Assembly (NCBI GenBank): GCA_964554565.1
Contig: CAZKPC010000002.1
Span: 14,175 to 78,174 of the forward strand
Origin: an uncultured Halobacteriales archaeon
GTDB lineage: Archaea > Halobacteriota > Halobacteria > Halobacteriales > Hikarchaeaceae
DNA: 64,000 nt
Reading direction: 5' to 3'
In this document: positions 1-8,820 of the stretch, piece by piece
Layout of the letters: the number at the start of each line of letters is the position of its first letter
Numbering within the stretch: the stretch's first letter is position 1
Made by a program: the position numbers and the translations under genes
The notes under the pieces: model-generated
What the model saw: only the letters and a program-made list of their open reading frames with translations
Database searches by the model: none
Told to the model about the DNA's origin: nothing

Positions 1-333
1 GTTGGCCGCTTTGGCGGGACGGGCGATGGAGAGGTCGAAGTCCTGGTCATCTGTGAGAGCGATGCGAACTGAATCGAACGCGATCGTGTACTGAGTGGTG
101 TGATGCCCCCCGGAGCGGATCTTCGTTCGCTCGTCGACGAGGGTGGCGTTGCTCAGCCGTTCCAGCTTCCGGTAAGTGGTTGACGTAGCCATGTCACAGC
201 TCTCCGAGAGCTCACGGGCGGTCTTCGGCTCGTCGAGTTCACGAACGATCTCGCGGCAATCGGAATCCTCGAGCGCTTCCAGCACCTCCTGGAGATCCGG
301 CACTGATACTTGCCCGAACGGATCCCGCACCAT
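1..333 (-). CDS. winged-helix (ArsR-like) transcriptional regulator; C-terminal end lies beyond the window start
   Basis: Own minus-strand translation from the ATG at 333: MVRDPFGQVSVPDLQEVLEALEDSDCREIVRELDEPKTARELSESCDMATSTTYRKLERLSNATLVDERTKIRSGG... It stays open for 111 codons to the window edge, so it has no stop in the window and is absent from the ORF track. Acidic, G/C-rich third positions. Confidence 0.6.
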   Translation of the reverse strand, partial: MVRDPFGQVSVPDLQEVLEALEDSDCREIVRELDEPKTARELSESCDMATSTTYRKLERLSNATLVDERTKIRSGGHHTTQYTIAFDSVRIALTDDQDFDLSIARPAKAAN

Positions 334-446
334 GCTCGCTCATTCTAGTATGGGACTGATAGTTCATTCGATGCGATCAGGCACGCTGAAACTGTCGCTA
401 ATGACGCTCCCACGCGCTGAGAACCGGTTGTTGGATTCCTGTGACA

Positions 447-508
447 GGATCGTTGGTGAACGATCCGTTGCACGGGACCTCTGAGGATTGTTCCCAGAGG
501 TTGGGAAC
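447..508 (-). terminator. two adjacent perfect hairpins between the CoA-transferase stop and the next gene
   Basis: GGATCGTT-ggtg-AACGATCC at 447-466 and GTTCCCA-gaggt-TGGGAAC at 490-508, read directly. They lie 66-127 nt downstream of the minus-strand stop at 574. They could equally be an operator for the downstream HTH gene. Confidence 0.25.
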
Positions 509-573
509 CCTTCAATCAATCGCCAGCACGGGTTCCAAAAGCTCGCAGTTATTTCTCGCCGACTGGGACCGGT

Positions 574-1833
574 TCAGTCCCGATCCGGGATCGCGCCGAC
601 ATCCCGTAGGTTCTCGAGCTCCGAGCCGTCGTAGCCGACGTCGCGAAGCACGGCCTCCGTGTCTTGACCGAGGAGTGGCGGCGGCCGCTCGAACCCCGAG
701 TCGACGGTTTCGAACCGGAGCGGATGCTCGATAACCGGGATCCGGCCTGCCGCCGGATGCTCGAGGTCGGATACGACCCCGCGGGCCTTCGTCTGTTCGT
801 GCTCGAGCGCTTCCGGTACTGAGAGGACTGGCCCAACCGGGAGGCCGTGCTCTTCCGCCAACAGCTCGACCCAGGCGTCGGTCGTCCGTTGTTCGAAGGT
901 CGCTGCGAGTTCCGCCTCGAGGTCGTCCATGTGCTCGACCCGATCGGCATTGCTCGCGAACCGATCGTCCTCGGCCAGCTCCGGGCGCTCGATGGCAGCG
1001 CAGAGCTGCTCCCAGAGCTTCTGATTCGCACAGGCGACGTTGAGGTACCCGTCGGCCGTCGGGTACGCCTGATACGGCGCCAGGACCGGGTCCTTGGTAC
1101 CCATCCGCTCGGGTTCTTCCCCCACGAACGCTTTCCCGGCTTGTTTGGTCAGCCATGGGAGTGCGCCGTCGTGCATCCCCAGCTCGATCCGTTCGCCTAC
1201 GCCGGTCTCAGCGCGTCGATACAGGGCCCCGAGCACGCCAAACGCCGTCCACATGGCGGTGATCAGGTCCGTCGCCGGGAGCCCGACTTTGGCCGGCTCA
1301 TCGCCCTCCGGACCGGTCACGGACATGATTCCGCTGGTGCCCTGGACGAGGAGGTCGTAGCCGGGACGGTCGCTCCACGGCCCGGTCTCGCCGAACGCCG
1401 AAATCGAACAGTAAATGATCCCCTCGTTTCGCGCTCGGATGTCGTCGTAACCGACCCCGAGTCGGTCGGCGGTGCCGGGTCGGTAGTTCTCAACGAAGAC
1501 GTCGGCCTCCGTGGCCAACTCGTATAGTGCGGAGCGGCCCTCATCCGTTTTGAGGTCGAGCTCCACGCTCCGCTTGCCGTAGTTGACGGTCCAGAAATAG
1601 GGTGACTCACCCCGATCAGAGGCCGTCACGCCGGGACCGTCGTAGCCCTCTGTTTCCACGAACGGGGGTCCCGAATGCCGGTTATCGTCACCGACGTGTG
1701 GGCGTTCGACCTTGATGACGTCCGCCCCTTGATTGGCCAGCATCAGGGTCGCAAACCCGCCGGTGACGAACGTGGTCAGATCCAACACCGTGATGCCGTC
1801 GAGCAGCTTCGTCGTCGGGGCGCCCTCCGTCAT
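574..1833 (-). CDS. family III CoA-transferase (CaiB/BaiF type)
   Basis: ORF 574..2004 trimmed to MTEGAPTTKLLDGITVLDLTTFVTGGFATLMLANQGADVIKVERP (ATG complement at 1831-1833). GYDLLVQGTSGIMSVTG segment is typical of the family. Confidence 0.9.
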   Translation of the reverse strand: MTEGAPTTKLLDGITVLDLTTFVTGGFATLMLANQGADVIKVERPHVGDDNRHSGPPFVETEGYDGPGVTASDRGESPYFWTVNYGKRSVELDLKTDEGRSALYELATEADVFVENYRPGTADRLGVGYDDIRARNEGIIYCSISAFGETGPWSDRPGYDLLVQGTSGIMSVTGPEGDEPAKVGLPATDLITAMWTAFGVLGALYRRAETGVGERIELGMHDGALPWLTKQAGKAFVGEEPERMGTKDPVLAPYQAYPTADGYLNVACANQKLWEQLCAAIERPELAEDDRFASNADRVEHMDDLEAELAATFEQRTTDAWVELLAEEHGLPVGPVLSVPEALEHEQTKARGVVSDLEHPAAGRIPVIEHPLRFETVDSGFERPPPLLGQDTEAVLRDVGYDGSELENLRDVGAIPDRD

Positions 1834-1924
1834 GGACCGACCCATTTGGAGGCCGATAATAACGCTTTGCAACCCGCTCCGTCGCGGCCATCTAAAAGTC
1901 TGAGGCTCGCCGATCGGCCCGGCG

Positions 1925-2503
1925 TCACCGCCAGGCGACCGCCCACACGGCCGCCAACGCGATGCCGAGGATCCCGTACGCGAGCCCGGCCACGAGCCCG
2001 CCAACGCCTACGGCTACAGCCAGTCCCGCAACCACCGCGATCGCAACGATGGCCACACTGGGCAGCGAGGTGTCGGTGAGCGGTTTTGGCGGCTCCTCCG
2101 GCGTGGCGGGTTCGCCGAGCGCCTCGTCGACCTGGACGTGCCGCTCCACCGGCTCGACGTCCTCGAGCGCGATGCGTGCGTATTCGGTCTCCGAACCGTA
2201 CCCCGTCACGAGTTTGAGTCGCCCTTCGGTCGGCTCTACCGGCTGGTCGACCGTGACCCGGATCCGGCGAACCGCCTCTTCATCGACGTAGTGATTGACG
2301 GTGCCGAGGACGGCCTGGCTCGACAGGTCGTCGTCGAGGTGGAGGTGCACGTGGAGCGCCGTGCCGTGGTTCCGAAGGATGATGTCGAAGGATTGGTCCG
2401 CAACGAACCGCCGGGGTTCGATCTCGATCGAGTGGGGGCCCTCGCGATTGAGGTGGACGACCAGGTCGTCGGGCACGCGTGTTCGGACGCCCAGCCGAGA
2501 CAA
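1925..2503 (-). CDS. conserved hypothetical protein with C-terminal transmembrane anchor
   Basis: 192-aa ORF. Acidic soluble domain followed by SLPSVAIVAIAVVAGLAVAVGVGGLVAGLAYGILGIALAAVWAVAW. Coding-like codon bias. Confidence 0.65.
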   Translation of the reverse strand: MSRLGVRTRVPDDLVVHLNREGPHSIEIEPRRFVADQSFDIILRNHGTALHVHLHLDDDLSSQAVLGTVNHYVDEEAVRRIRVTVDQPVEPTEGRLKLVTGYGSETEYARIALEDVEPVERHVQVDEALGEPATPEEPPKPLTDTSLPSVAIVAIAVVAGLAVAVGVGGLVAGLAYGILGIALAAVWAVAWR

Positions 2504-2509
2504 AAAGGT

Positions 2510-2704
2510 TCAGGCTGCCGACGACTCCCGCATGTCCGGCGGGAGGAGGTTCGGGATGCCGTCCTCGATCGGATAGACCTCGCCGCAATCAGAACAGGTC
2601 AACTGCCCCTCGAGGATCTCGTCGTCGTCCGCCTCCTCGATCTCGAGCTCGAGCTCGTGTTTGTCAAGCGGGCAGACGAGGATGTCCATCAGATCCCGTT
2701 TCAT
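2510..2704 (-). CDS. Trm112-family small zinc-ribbon protein (methyltransferase activator)
   Basis: MKRDLMDILVCPLDKHELELE...LTCSDCGEVYPIEDGIPNLLP. Start trimmed to the ATG at 2704. Confidence 0.8.
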   Translation of the reverse strand: MKRDLMDILVCPLDKHELELEIEEADDDEILEGQLTCSDCGEVYPIEDGIPNLLPPDMRESSAA

Positions 2705-2763
2705 GCTTATCGCGACGTGGAGCCGGGGCAAAAGGATGACGGGTGCCCCGGCCGATCTCCGAT

Positions 2764-4080
2764 TCAGTCCCCGAACGGGCGCTGGCGGACGATGGTTTCC
2801 TCCCGCTTGGGGCCCACCCCGATTGCCGCCAGCGGGACCTCGAGCTGCTCACGAATGTATTGGAGATACGTGCGGGCGGCTGGCGGCAGGGCATCGTATC
2901 CCTGCTCCGCTACCAGCCCCCAATCGGGATCGGCCCAGCCAGAAAACGTCCGGTAGACCGGTTCGCAGTCGGCCCACCGTTCCGTTGTCGGCGGCATGAC
3001 TAACGTCTCCTCCCCGTCGAGTTCGTAGGCATGTCCCACCCGGACCTCGTCGAGTTCAGCCAGGACGTCTACGTGATTCACAACCACCGCTGTGAGGCCG
3101 TTCGCCCGGGCCGCATGGCGGAGCATCGGCAGGTCGAGCCAACCGATCCGCCGGGGCCGGCCGGTTACCGTACCGAATTCGCCGCCGCGTTCCCGGATCC
3201 GCTCGGCGAGGTCCCCCTCGATCTCGGTCGGCAGCGGCCCGGTCCCGACCCGTGAAAGGTAGGCTTTGACCACGCCGATTACCGCTCCATCGCCCACCAC
3301 GGTGGGCCCGAGACCGGTTCCCGTGGCGGCACAGGCGGCCGTCGGGTTCGAGGACGTTACGTACGGGTAGATCCCGTGGTCGATATCGATGGAGGTGCCC
3401 TGGGCGCCCTCGAACATGACGTTCTCTCCTGCAGCGACGCGGTCGGCCAGGAACGAACCACAATCGACCGTCATCTCCTCGTCGGCGAGCCGCTTTCCGT
3501 ATTCGCGGTACTCCTCGTAAATGGCCTCGAGGTCGAACGCCTCCCCGGTCTCGACGCCGTAGACGTTCTCCGCCAGCCGTCGTTTGTGTGGGACGAGATA
3601 GCTCAACCGATCCCGGAGCGCCTCGGAATCGAGGAGATCACCGATGCGAACGCCACGCCGGCCGGCCTTGTCCTCGTAAGTCGGGCCGATCCCACGGCCC
3701 GTCGTGCCGGCGTCGAGCGACGACTCGGCTTTCTCGGATTCCTCGAGGCCGTCCAGTTTCCGATGGAGGGGTAGGATCACGTGGGCGCGCTGGGCGACTC
3801 TGACGTCCGGATCGAGGCCCCGCTCCCGCAGGGTATCGATCTCGTCGAACAGGGTCCGCGGGTTCACGACGCAGCCGTTCCCGAGGACGCCCACGAGGCC
3901 CTGGACCGCGCCGCTCGGGACCAGCGAGAGCTTGAACTCCCGGTCGCCGACGACCACCGTGTGGCCGGCGTTATCGCCACCCTGATAGCGGGCGACGACG
4001 TCGGCATCGTCGGCGTAGAGGTCGACGATACCACCTTTGCCTTCGTCGCCCAGCTGGGTGCCGACGATGGTGAGGGTCAT
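2764..4080 (-). CDS. purA: adenylosuccinate synthase
   Basis: MTLTIVGTQLGDEGKGGIVDLYADDADVVARYQGGDNAGHTVV... P-loop QxGDEGKG and GGxNAGHT motifs. Start trimmed from ORF 2764..4236 to the ATG at 4080. Confidence 0.95.
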   Translation of the reverse strand: MTLTIVGTQLGDEGKGGIVDLYADDADVVARYQGGDNAGHTVVVGDREFKLSLVPSGAVQGLVGVLGNGCVVNPRTLFDEIDTLRERGLDPDVRVAQRAHVILPLHRKLDGLEESEKAESSLDAGTTGRGIGPTYEDKAGRRGVRIGDLLDSEALRDRLSYLVPHKRRLAENVYGVETGEAFDLEAIYEEYREYGKRLADEEMTVDCGSFLADRVAAGENVMFEGAQGTSIDIDHGIYPYVTSSNPTAACAATGTGLGPTVVGDGAVIGVVKAYLSRVGTGPLPTEIEGDLAERIRERGGEFGTVTGRPRRIGWLDLPMLRHAARANGLTAVVVNHVDVLAELDEVRVGHAYELDGEETLVMPPTTERWADCEPVYRTFSGWADPDWGLVAEQGYDALPPAARTYLQYIREQLEVPLAAIGVGPKREETIVRQRPFGD

Positions 4081-4271
4081 ACCGCCGACGCATTCACTAC
4101 CTCCCGCTAAACGCGTTACGGTCTGCCGGTCGACCGGGAGACCGGACTCAGATGTTGGACACTTCAAACATGGACCGCTCAGGAAGCAACACTGGTTCAC
4201 GCGGCTGCTCCGTCGGCTCGTAGACACGGGGGACAACGCTTAAAGGGGCGCCTCGCAAGTTAACACGTGTC

Positions 4272-4574
4272 ATGATAGACCGCCTCGAGAAAGAGGTCGA
4301 CATGCTGGAACGTCACCTTCAGGTCCTCCGCATGGTGATCGGGAACGAACCGATCGGGATCGTGAAGATGTCGAACGAAACCGGCTACCCCCACCACAAG
4401 GTCCGGTACTCCCTCCGGGTCCTCGAGGAGGAGTCGCTGATCGAACCGTCGAGCCAGGGCGCCGTCACCACCGAACACACCGAGGGCTTCATCGAGGACC
4501 TCGACCAAAAGGTCGACGACATCATCGGGCAGCTGGAGTCCATGAAGATCGAGGACCTCGAAGCCGAGGTCTGA
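4272..4574 (+). CDS. small winged-helix transcriptional regulator
   Basis: 100 aa. GIVKMSNETGYPHHKVRYSLRVLEEESLIEPS is wHTH-like. Acidic C-terminus. Confidence 0.7.
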   Translation: MIDRLEKEVDMLERHLQVLRMVIGNEPIGIVKMSNETGYPHHKVRYSLRVLEEESLIEPSSQGAVTTEHTEGFIEDLDQKVDDIIGQLESMKIEDLEAEV

Positions 4575-4658
4575 TCCGGCCGGCTCGAGGCGGTCTCCGG
4601 GTTTTCGCTGTCTGGTCCGATCCCACGTCCGCTGGCACTTTGGAAAACAGGTCGCCGT

Positions 4659-6575
4659 TCAGAGTTCCGGCACCGCGACGTGGAAGTCGTCGTCCCGGGC
4701 CTCGACCAGACAGAGGTGATACCCGTGGTTCCGGCTCAGTTTCACGTAGCTCCACCGTTTCTCGCGGGATAACAGCCCGCCACCAGTCGCTTCCGATGCC
4801 GCTTCGAGGGCGTCCGGACGGAAGAAGCTGGAGGTGACGAGGAACGCGCCGCCGAGGGTGTCGGTCCCCTCAGCGATCGTCGATGTGGTCCCGATGAGGG
4901 TCTCCATCATCTCGGCGGTCGCCGGATCACGGACGTCGTTCAGGTTCGCCACGATCAGTGCCTGGCCCATCCGGTCGCGACAGACGACGTCGAAAGATTC
5001 GGTTACCGTCTCGGCCTCCTCCTGGTCCCGCCAGGTCACCTCGCCGTGGAACTCGGCTCGATCGATCAGCGGGATCGCATCGAAGACGTCACGCAGGCCG
5101 CGCTGGCTGCCGGTATCCTGGATCTCGAAGAGGAACTCGGTGACGAGCCAGTCAACGAACTGATATTCGAGGCTCTGTTCGAGGAAACGGTCGAACGGTT
5201 GGCCCTGGACCGCGACCCCCTCGGCATCGAAGCGTGTGTGATGGTCGATCCGCAAGTTGCTGACGACCCGCTCACGGTCGACCTGGCCGTCGTGAGCCTT
5301 CTCCAGGGTCCCGTCGCCCTGGGAGTCGTAACGGACGAACAGATCCGTTTGATCGAGCGCGCTCTCGCGGGCGAGGGACTCCCGAGCAGCCGTTGATTCG
5401 CCCCCGCCGGCGTCCGATTTGGCGGTCGCGAGTTCGGATTTCAGGGCGTCGCGCTCCTGTCGGAGCTGCTGGATCTGCTCGTTGGAGGAATCGAGCTCCG
5501 ATTCGAGCTTGGCGATCGTTTCCGATTGGGATTCGATGGCGGCCTCCAGCTCGGCGATCCGCTCGTCCACCGACTCAGTCGGCTCCGGGTCCGATGGCGA
5601 CTCTGGCTCCTGTTTCGGCTCCGGCTCGGGTGCGCTGGTCCCGTCGTTTCCACTCTCCGGGACGGCCTCCGACTCCTCGGGGTCCAGCGCCGGGATCGAG
5701 CGGGTTTCCCGCCAGGCCTCTTCCTCCGAAAAGGGGTCTTCCTCCTCGCCCTCGGGTGCTGGGGTTCCAGCATCGGTTGGTTCCCCGGTCGGCTGATCGG
5801 CTGTCTCCGCGACAGTGGCCGGCTCTGACTCCGGCGCCGATGCGTCGCCGGACGTGTCCTCAGCTGGCTCCGCCGTTGGGGCTTCGGACTCGTCCGGTTG
5901 GGCTGTCGTCTCAGAGGGATTCTCAGCCGGGTCAGTTGCCGGTTCGGCGGCCGATGTAGCCTCCGGAGCGCTGGCGGCGGCAGCCTGGTTCGCTGAATCC
6001 GCAGGGGCCGGTTCGGGCACACTTCGCACGTCCAGCTCCACGTCGATGACTTCGTAGATGCCCACTTCGTCCGCTGCTTCCCGGAACGCCTCGTCGCCGG
6101 TCACTAGCTGTTCGGAGTTGCCGACGAAGGCCACGCTCATCGATTTGCCGCCGTAGTAGACCACGTAGTAATCGCCGGATAGCACGTTCTCCGAGAGCTC
6201 CAGATACCCGGTGAACTCCGCCTCGACCAGAGTCTCGTGGACCTCAGGGAGCGGATTGTCGTCAGTGTAGTACTTCGCCCGCGGCTCGCCCCCTGCGGCT
6301 TGCATCGCGTAGAGCAAGGGCAGGCCGGGATCCGGGGCCGTATAGGCCGTTGCCTGTCCCTGTTCGAAGGCCGAGACCGTTCCATCAACGGCGCCGACGA
6401 TCCGCCCGTTGAGCATGAAGAGCCACGCCGACCCGGTCGTCACCGCCCCCGTGAAGTTGGCATCGGCGAGCTCGCCGAGGCCGCGATAGCCCTCGGAGAC
6501 GGGACGTTCGTCCCAGTCCTGGATGCGGGCGGCTGTCGCGCCGTCCATGAACGAGCCGTCTCGGGTTCGGTCCAA
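4659..6575 (-). CDS. large acidic hypothetical protein (N-terminal globular domain, Pro/Glu/Ala-rich linker, coiled coil, C-terminal globular domain)
   Basis: 638-aa ORF. Low-complexity PEPAPADS...EPEPKQEPESPSDPEP region, heptad-like ERIAELEAAIESQSETIAKLESELDSSNEQIQQLRQERDALKSELA, and a C-terminal domain ending SYVKLSRNHGYHLCLVEARDDDFHVAVPEL. Confidence 0.75.
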   Translation of the reverse strand: MDRTRDGSFMDGATAARIQDWDERPVSEGYRGLGELADANFTGAVTTGSAWLFMLNGRIVGAVDGTVSAFEQGQATAYTAPDPGLPLLYAMQAAGGEPRAKYYTDDNPLPEVHETLVEAEFTGYLELSENVLSGDYYVVYYGGKSMSVAFVGNSEQLVTGDEAFREAADEVGIYEVIDVELDVRSVPEPAPADSANQAAAASAPEATSAAEPATDPAENPSETTAQPDESEAPTAEPAEDTSGDASAPESEPATVAETADQPTGEPTDAGTPAPEGEEEDPFSEEEAWRETRSIPALDPEESEAVPESGNDGTSAPEPEPKQEPESPSDPEPTESVDERIAELEAAIESQSETIAKLESELDSSNEQIQQLRQERDALKSELATAKSDAGGGESTAARESLARESALDQTDLFVRYDSQGDGTLEKAHDGQVDRERVVSNLRIDHHTRFDAEGVAVQGQPFDRFLEQSLEYQFVDWLVTEFLFEIQDTGSQRGLRDVFDAIPLIDRAEFHGEVTWRDQEEAETVTESFDVVCRDRMGQALIVANLNDVRDPATAEMMETLIGTTSTIAEGTDTLGGAFLVTSSFFRPDALEAASEATGGGLLSREKRWSYVKLSRNHGYHLCLVEARDDDFHVAVPEL

Positions 6576-6589
6576 ATACGTTTCGGCAG

Positions 6590-6868
6590 CTACAGCTTCG
6601 ATTCGGCGTCCGTTGCCAGTTCCGACATCCGCTTGGAGATCCGACCCGCGTTCGAGAACTCGTCATCGCTCATCGCTTCCGCCAGCGCGTTCCCGAGCAC
6701 GAAGACAGCGTGTTTGTGCTCGCTTTTGGACTTGTGCACGTGGGAGGGGCGCACGTCAAGTTCCTCGTAGTCCTGGAACCGATCGTCATCCACGTCTTCG
6801 CGGCTCTGGAAGTAGTCCTTGATTACAACGAGCTCCTCGTGGAGCTCGAGTAGTTCGTCCTTATGCAT
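6590..6868 (-). CDS. UPF0058-family small protein
   Basis: MHKDELLELHEELVVIKDYFQSRE... matches my memory of the archaeal UPF0058 N-terminus. Confidence 0.7.
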   Translation of the reverse strand: MHKDELLELHEELVVIKDYFQSREDVDDDRFQDYEELDVRPSHVHKSKSEHKHAVFVLGNALAEAMSDDEFSNAGRISKRMSELATDAESKL

Positions 6869-6946
6869 GGATCGCTGTAGGCCGAATATGGGTTTAAGGC
6901 TTGCCCGAGACAGCGTGACAACCGACCGGCAGGTTTTGAGCAGTCC

Positions 6947-7159
6947 TTAGAAGACGTATTCGTCCTCGTGACCCATCATCTCGTCATCGAAGCCCTCCTC
7001 GGCGGAGTCCGACATCGGGCCGCTGGTCTTGTACGCCTTGAGCCCGGTGGATAACAGCTCCTCGACAGCTTCTTCGCGGTTCACGAAATCGCCCTGATCG
7101 ACGAGTTGGGCGATCTGCATGTCGAGGTGGTCGGGGACGTTGATCTCGACAGTGACCAT
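6947..7159 (-). CDS. ribbon-helix-helix (CopG-like) small protein
   Basis: MVTVEINVPDHLDMQIAQLVDQGDFVNREEAVEELLSTGLKAY: beta-strand plus two helices pattern, acidic tail. Confidence 0.7.
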   Translation of the reverse strand: MVTVEINVPDHLDMQIAQLVDQGDFVNREEAVEELLSTGLKAYKTSGPMSDSAEEGFDDEMMGHEDEYVF

Positions 7160-7502
7160 TGAACGGGCGGGGGTTCGGGAAGGGGGTTGATAAGCCTGAC
7201 GGGGCTGTTCGCGGGGATCAGGCCGGCGCCGGCGGTCGGTTTTCCGGATCGCCGACCGGTCCTCGAAGTCACCACGTGTCGCTCGAGCAGAGGACTCGCC
7301 TGGCTTGGCTCCGGCACCGCTCCTCAGGTCGAGGGGACCCGATTTCAGCCGCTGGCGGTGAGCGCTGAGGGCATGGCCCGCTCGACGAGTCGGGTTCCGC
7401 AGTCGGTGGCGGAGCGGTACAGCCGGCCGTAATTCTCCGCCGAACGCGCCGGCTTACTGAACTAGTCGGAGGACTGATTGTGGGCCCCGGGGAACGGTCG
7501 CT

Positions 7503-8759
7503 ATGACGGCCCTGACCGCCGAACACGAGACCCTCATCAGGGACTTGACCGAAGGCCTGCTCCGGTACGAGTCCACTGACGGGGAGGAAGGGCCAGTGAA
7601 CCGGTGGCTTCAGGACCGACTGGCGGAACTCGGGTTCCGGACCGTTTCCTGGGATCCCGATCCCGCCGTCCTCGGCGAACACCCGTCGTTTCCGCCCGTC
7701 GACGAGCTCGAGCTGGACGACCGCCGGAGCGTCGCGGGGATCTTGGAATTCGGCGACCCCACACAGGGGCAGACATTGGTGTTGAACGGCCACGTCGACG
7801 TCGTGCCGGTCGAGCGGGAGCACTGGTCGACTGATCCGTTCGATCCGACCTGGGCGGGCGACAGCTTACAGGCCCGGGGGGCGGTAGACATGAAGAGCCA
7901 GGTCGCCGCGTGTATCGTGGGCGCGTTGGTGGCGTCCGAGACCGCAACGGAGCTGAATGGACGGATCGTGGTCGAGAGTGTCGCCGGCGAAGAACTGGGC
8001 GGACTGGGAGCTGTCACAGCTGCGGCATCCAATCCGTACGACTTCGAGCGGGACGCGGCCATCGTCGCCGAGCCGACCGGGGGGCGGCTGGTTACGGCCA
8101 CCGCGGGCGCCGCCATGGTCAGACTAACGATCGACGGCCGCTCCGCCCATGGGGCCCGCCGCTGGCAAGGCGTCGACGTGCTGGATCGCTTCGAGGACCT
8201 CCGGACTGCCATGCGCGACCTGGAACGCGAACGCGCCGAACAGGTGACCCATCCCGCTTACGATCGGTTCGAGATCCCCTGGCCCACCGTGATCGGCCGC
8301 GTCGAAGCCGGGAACTGGGCCTCGAACGTCCCTGCCCGACTCGAAGCCGACGCCAGATTGGGGGTCGCGCCGCATGAAACGGTGGACGAGGTCATCGAGC
8401 AGTATCGCGATCGGCTTGCAGCTGCGGCGGAATCGAGCGGTTGGCTGCGCCAGCAATCACCGTCGCTTGAAAAGGTTGACGTGCAGTTCGAACCCGCGGA
8501 GGTGAGCGCGGACGAACCGATCGTCGAGTGTGTCCAGGAGGCGATGACTCTCGCCGGGTTGGACCAAACCCCGCCGATCGGGGAGACCTATGGCGCCGAC
8601 TCCCGACACTATGTCGAAGCTGGGATCCCAACCGTGCTCTTCGGCCCCGGCCGGATCGAGGACGCGCATTTCCCGAACGAGTCCATCCGGTGGCCCTCCG
8701 TCAAACGCGCGGCCGTGGTATATGCGGAAGCTATCAAACGATTCCTCGGTCGCGCGTAG
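7503..8759 (+). CDS. M20-family metallopeptidase (ArgE/DapE-like deacylase)
   Basis: 418 aa. LVLNGHVDVVP, GRGAVDMKS and VAGEELGGLG motifs are typical of ArgE/DapE/CPG2. Confidence 0.85.
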   Translation: MTALTAEHETLIRDLTEGLLRYESTDGEEGPVNRWLQDRLAELGFRTVSWDPDPAVLGEHPSFPPVDELELDDRRSVAGILEFGDPTQGQTLVLNGHVDVVPVEREHWSTDPFDPTWAGDSLQARGAVDMKSQVAACIVGALVASETATELNGRIVVESVAGEELGGLGAVTAAASNPYDFERDAAIVAEPTGGRLVTATAGAAMVRLTIDGRSAHGARRWQGVDVLDRFEDLRTAMRDLERERAEQVTHPAYDRFEIPWPTVIGRVEAGNWASNVPARLEADARLGVAPHETVDEVIEQYRDRLAAAAESSGWLRQQSPSLEKVDVQFEPAEVSADEPIVECVQEAMTLAGLDQTPPIGETYGADSRHYVEAGIPTVLFGPGRIEDAHFPNESIRWPSVKRAAVVYAEAIKRFLGRA

Positions 8760-8820
8760 TGCTCCGAACCCCGTTTTCCATGTCTCTATCGAGGGTACTG
8801 CGGATAAACCGGCCGGACTT

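Noticed and set aside
512-2079. Multiple overlapping ORFs (512..1156, 549..1031, 847..1527, 1675..2079 and others) across the CoA-transferase gene
   Set aside because: Their products are Arg/Pro/Gly/Ser-rich and basic, which is typical of out-of-frame or antisense shadows in high-GC DNA. Only the 574..1833 frame gives an acidic protein with recognisable family motifs.
5400-5960. Possible tandem DNA repeat inside the large acidic protein gene
   Set aside because: The nucleotide sequence is compositionally biased (GA/CC-rich, encoding P/E/A/S), but I could not find a consistent repeat unit. I treat it as a low-complexity coding linker.
7160-7502. SRP (7S) RNA or RNase P RNA in the long GC-rich spacer
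   Set aside because: The length is suggestive for 7S RNA. However, I could not find the Alu-domain UGUAAC-type loop near either end, a convincing helix-8 GNAR-loop context, or the RNase P CR-I/CR-IV/CR-V strings (GGAAAGUCC, ACAGAA). It is kept only as a low-interest unexplained region.
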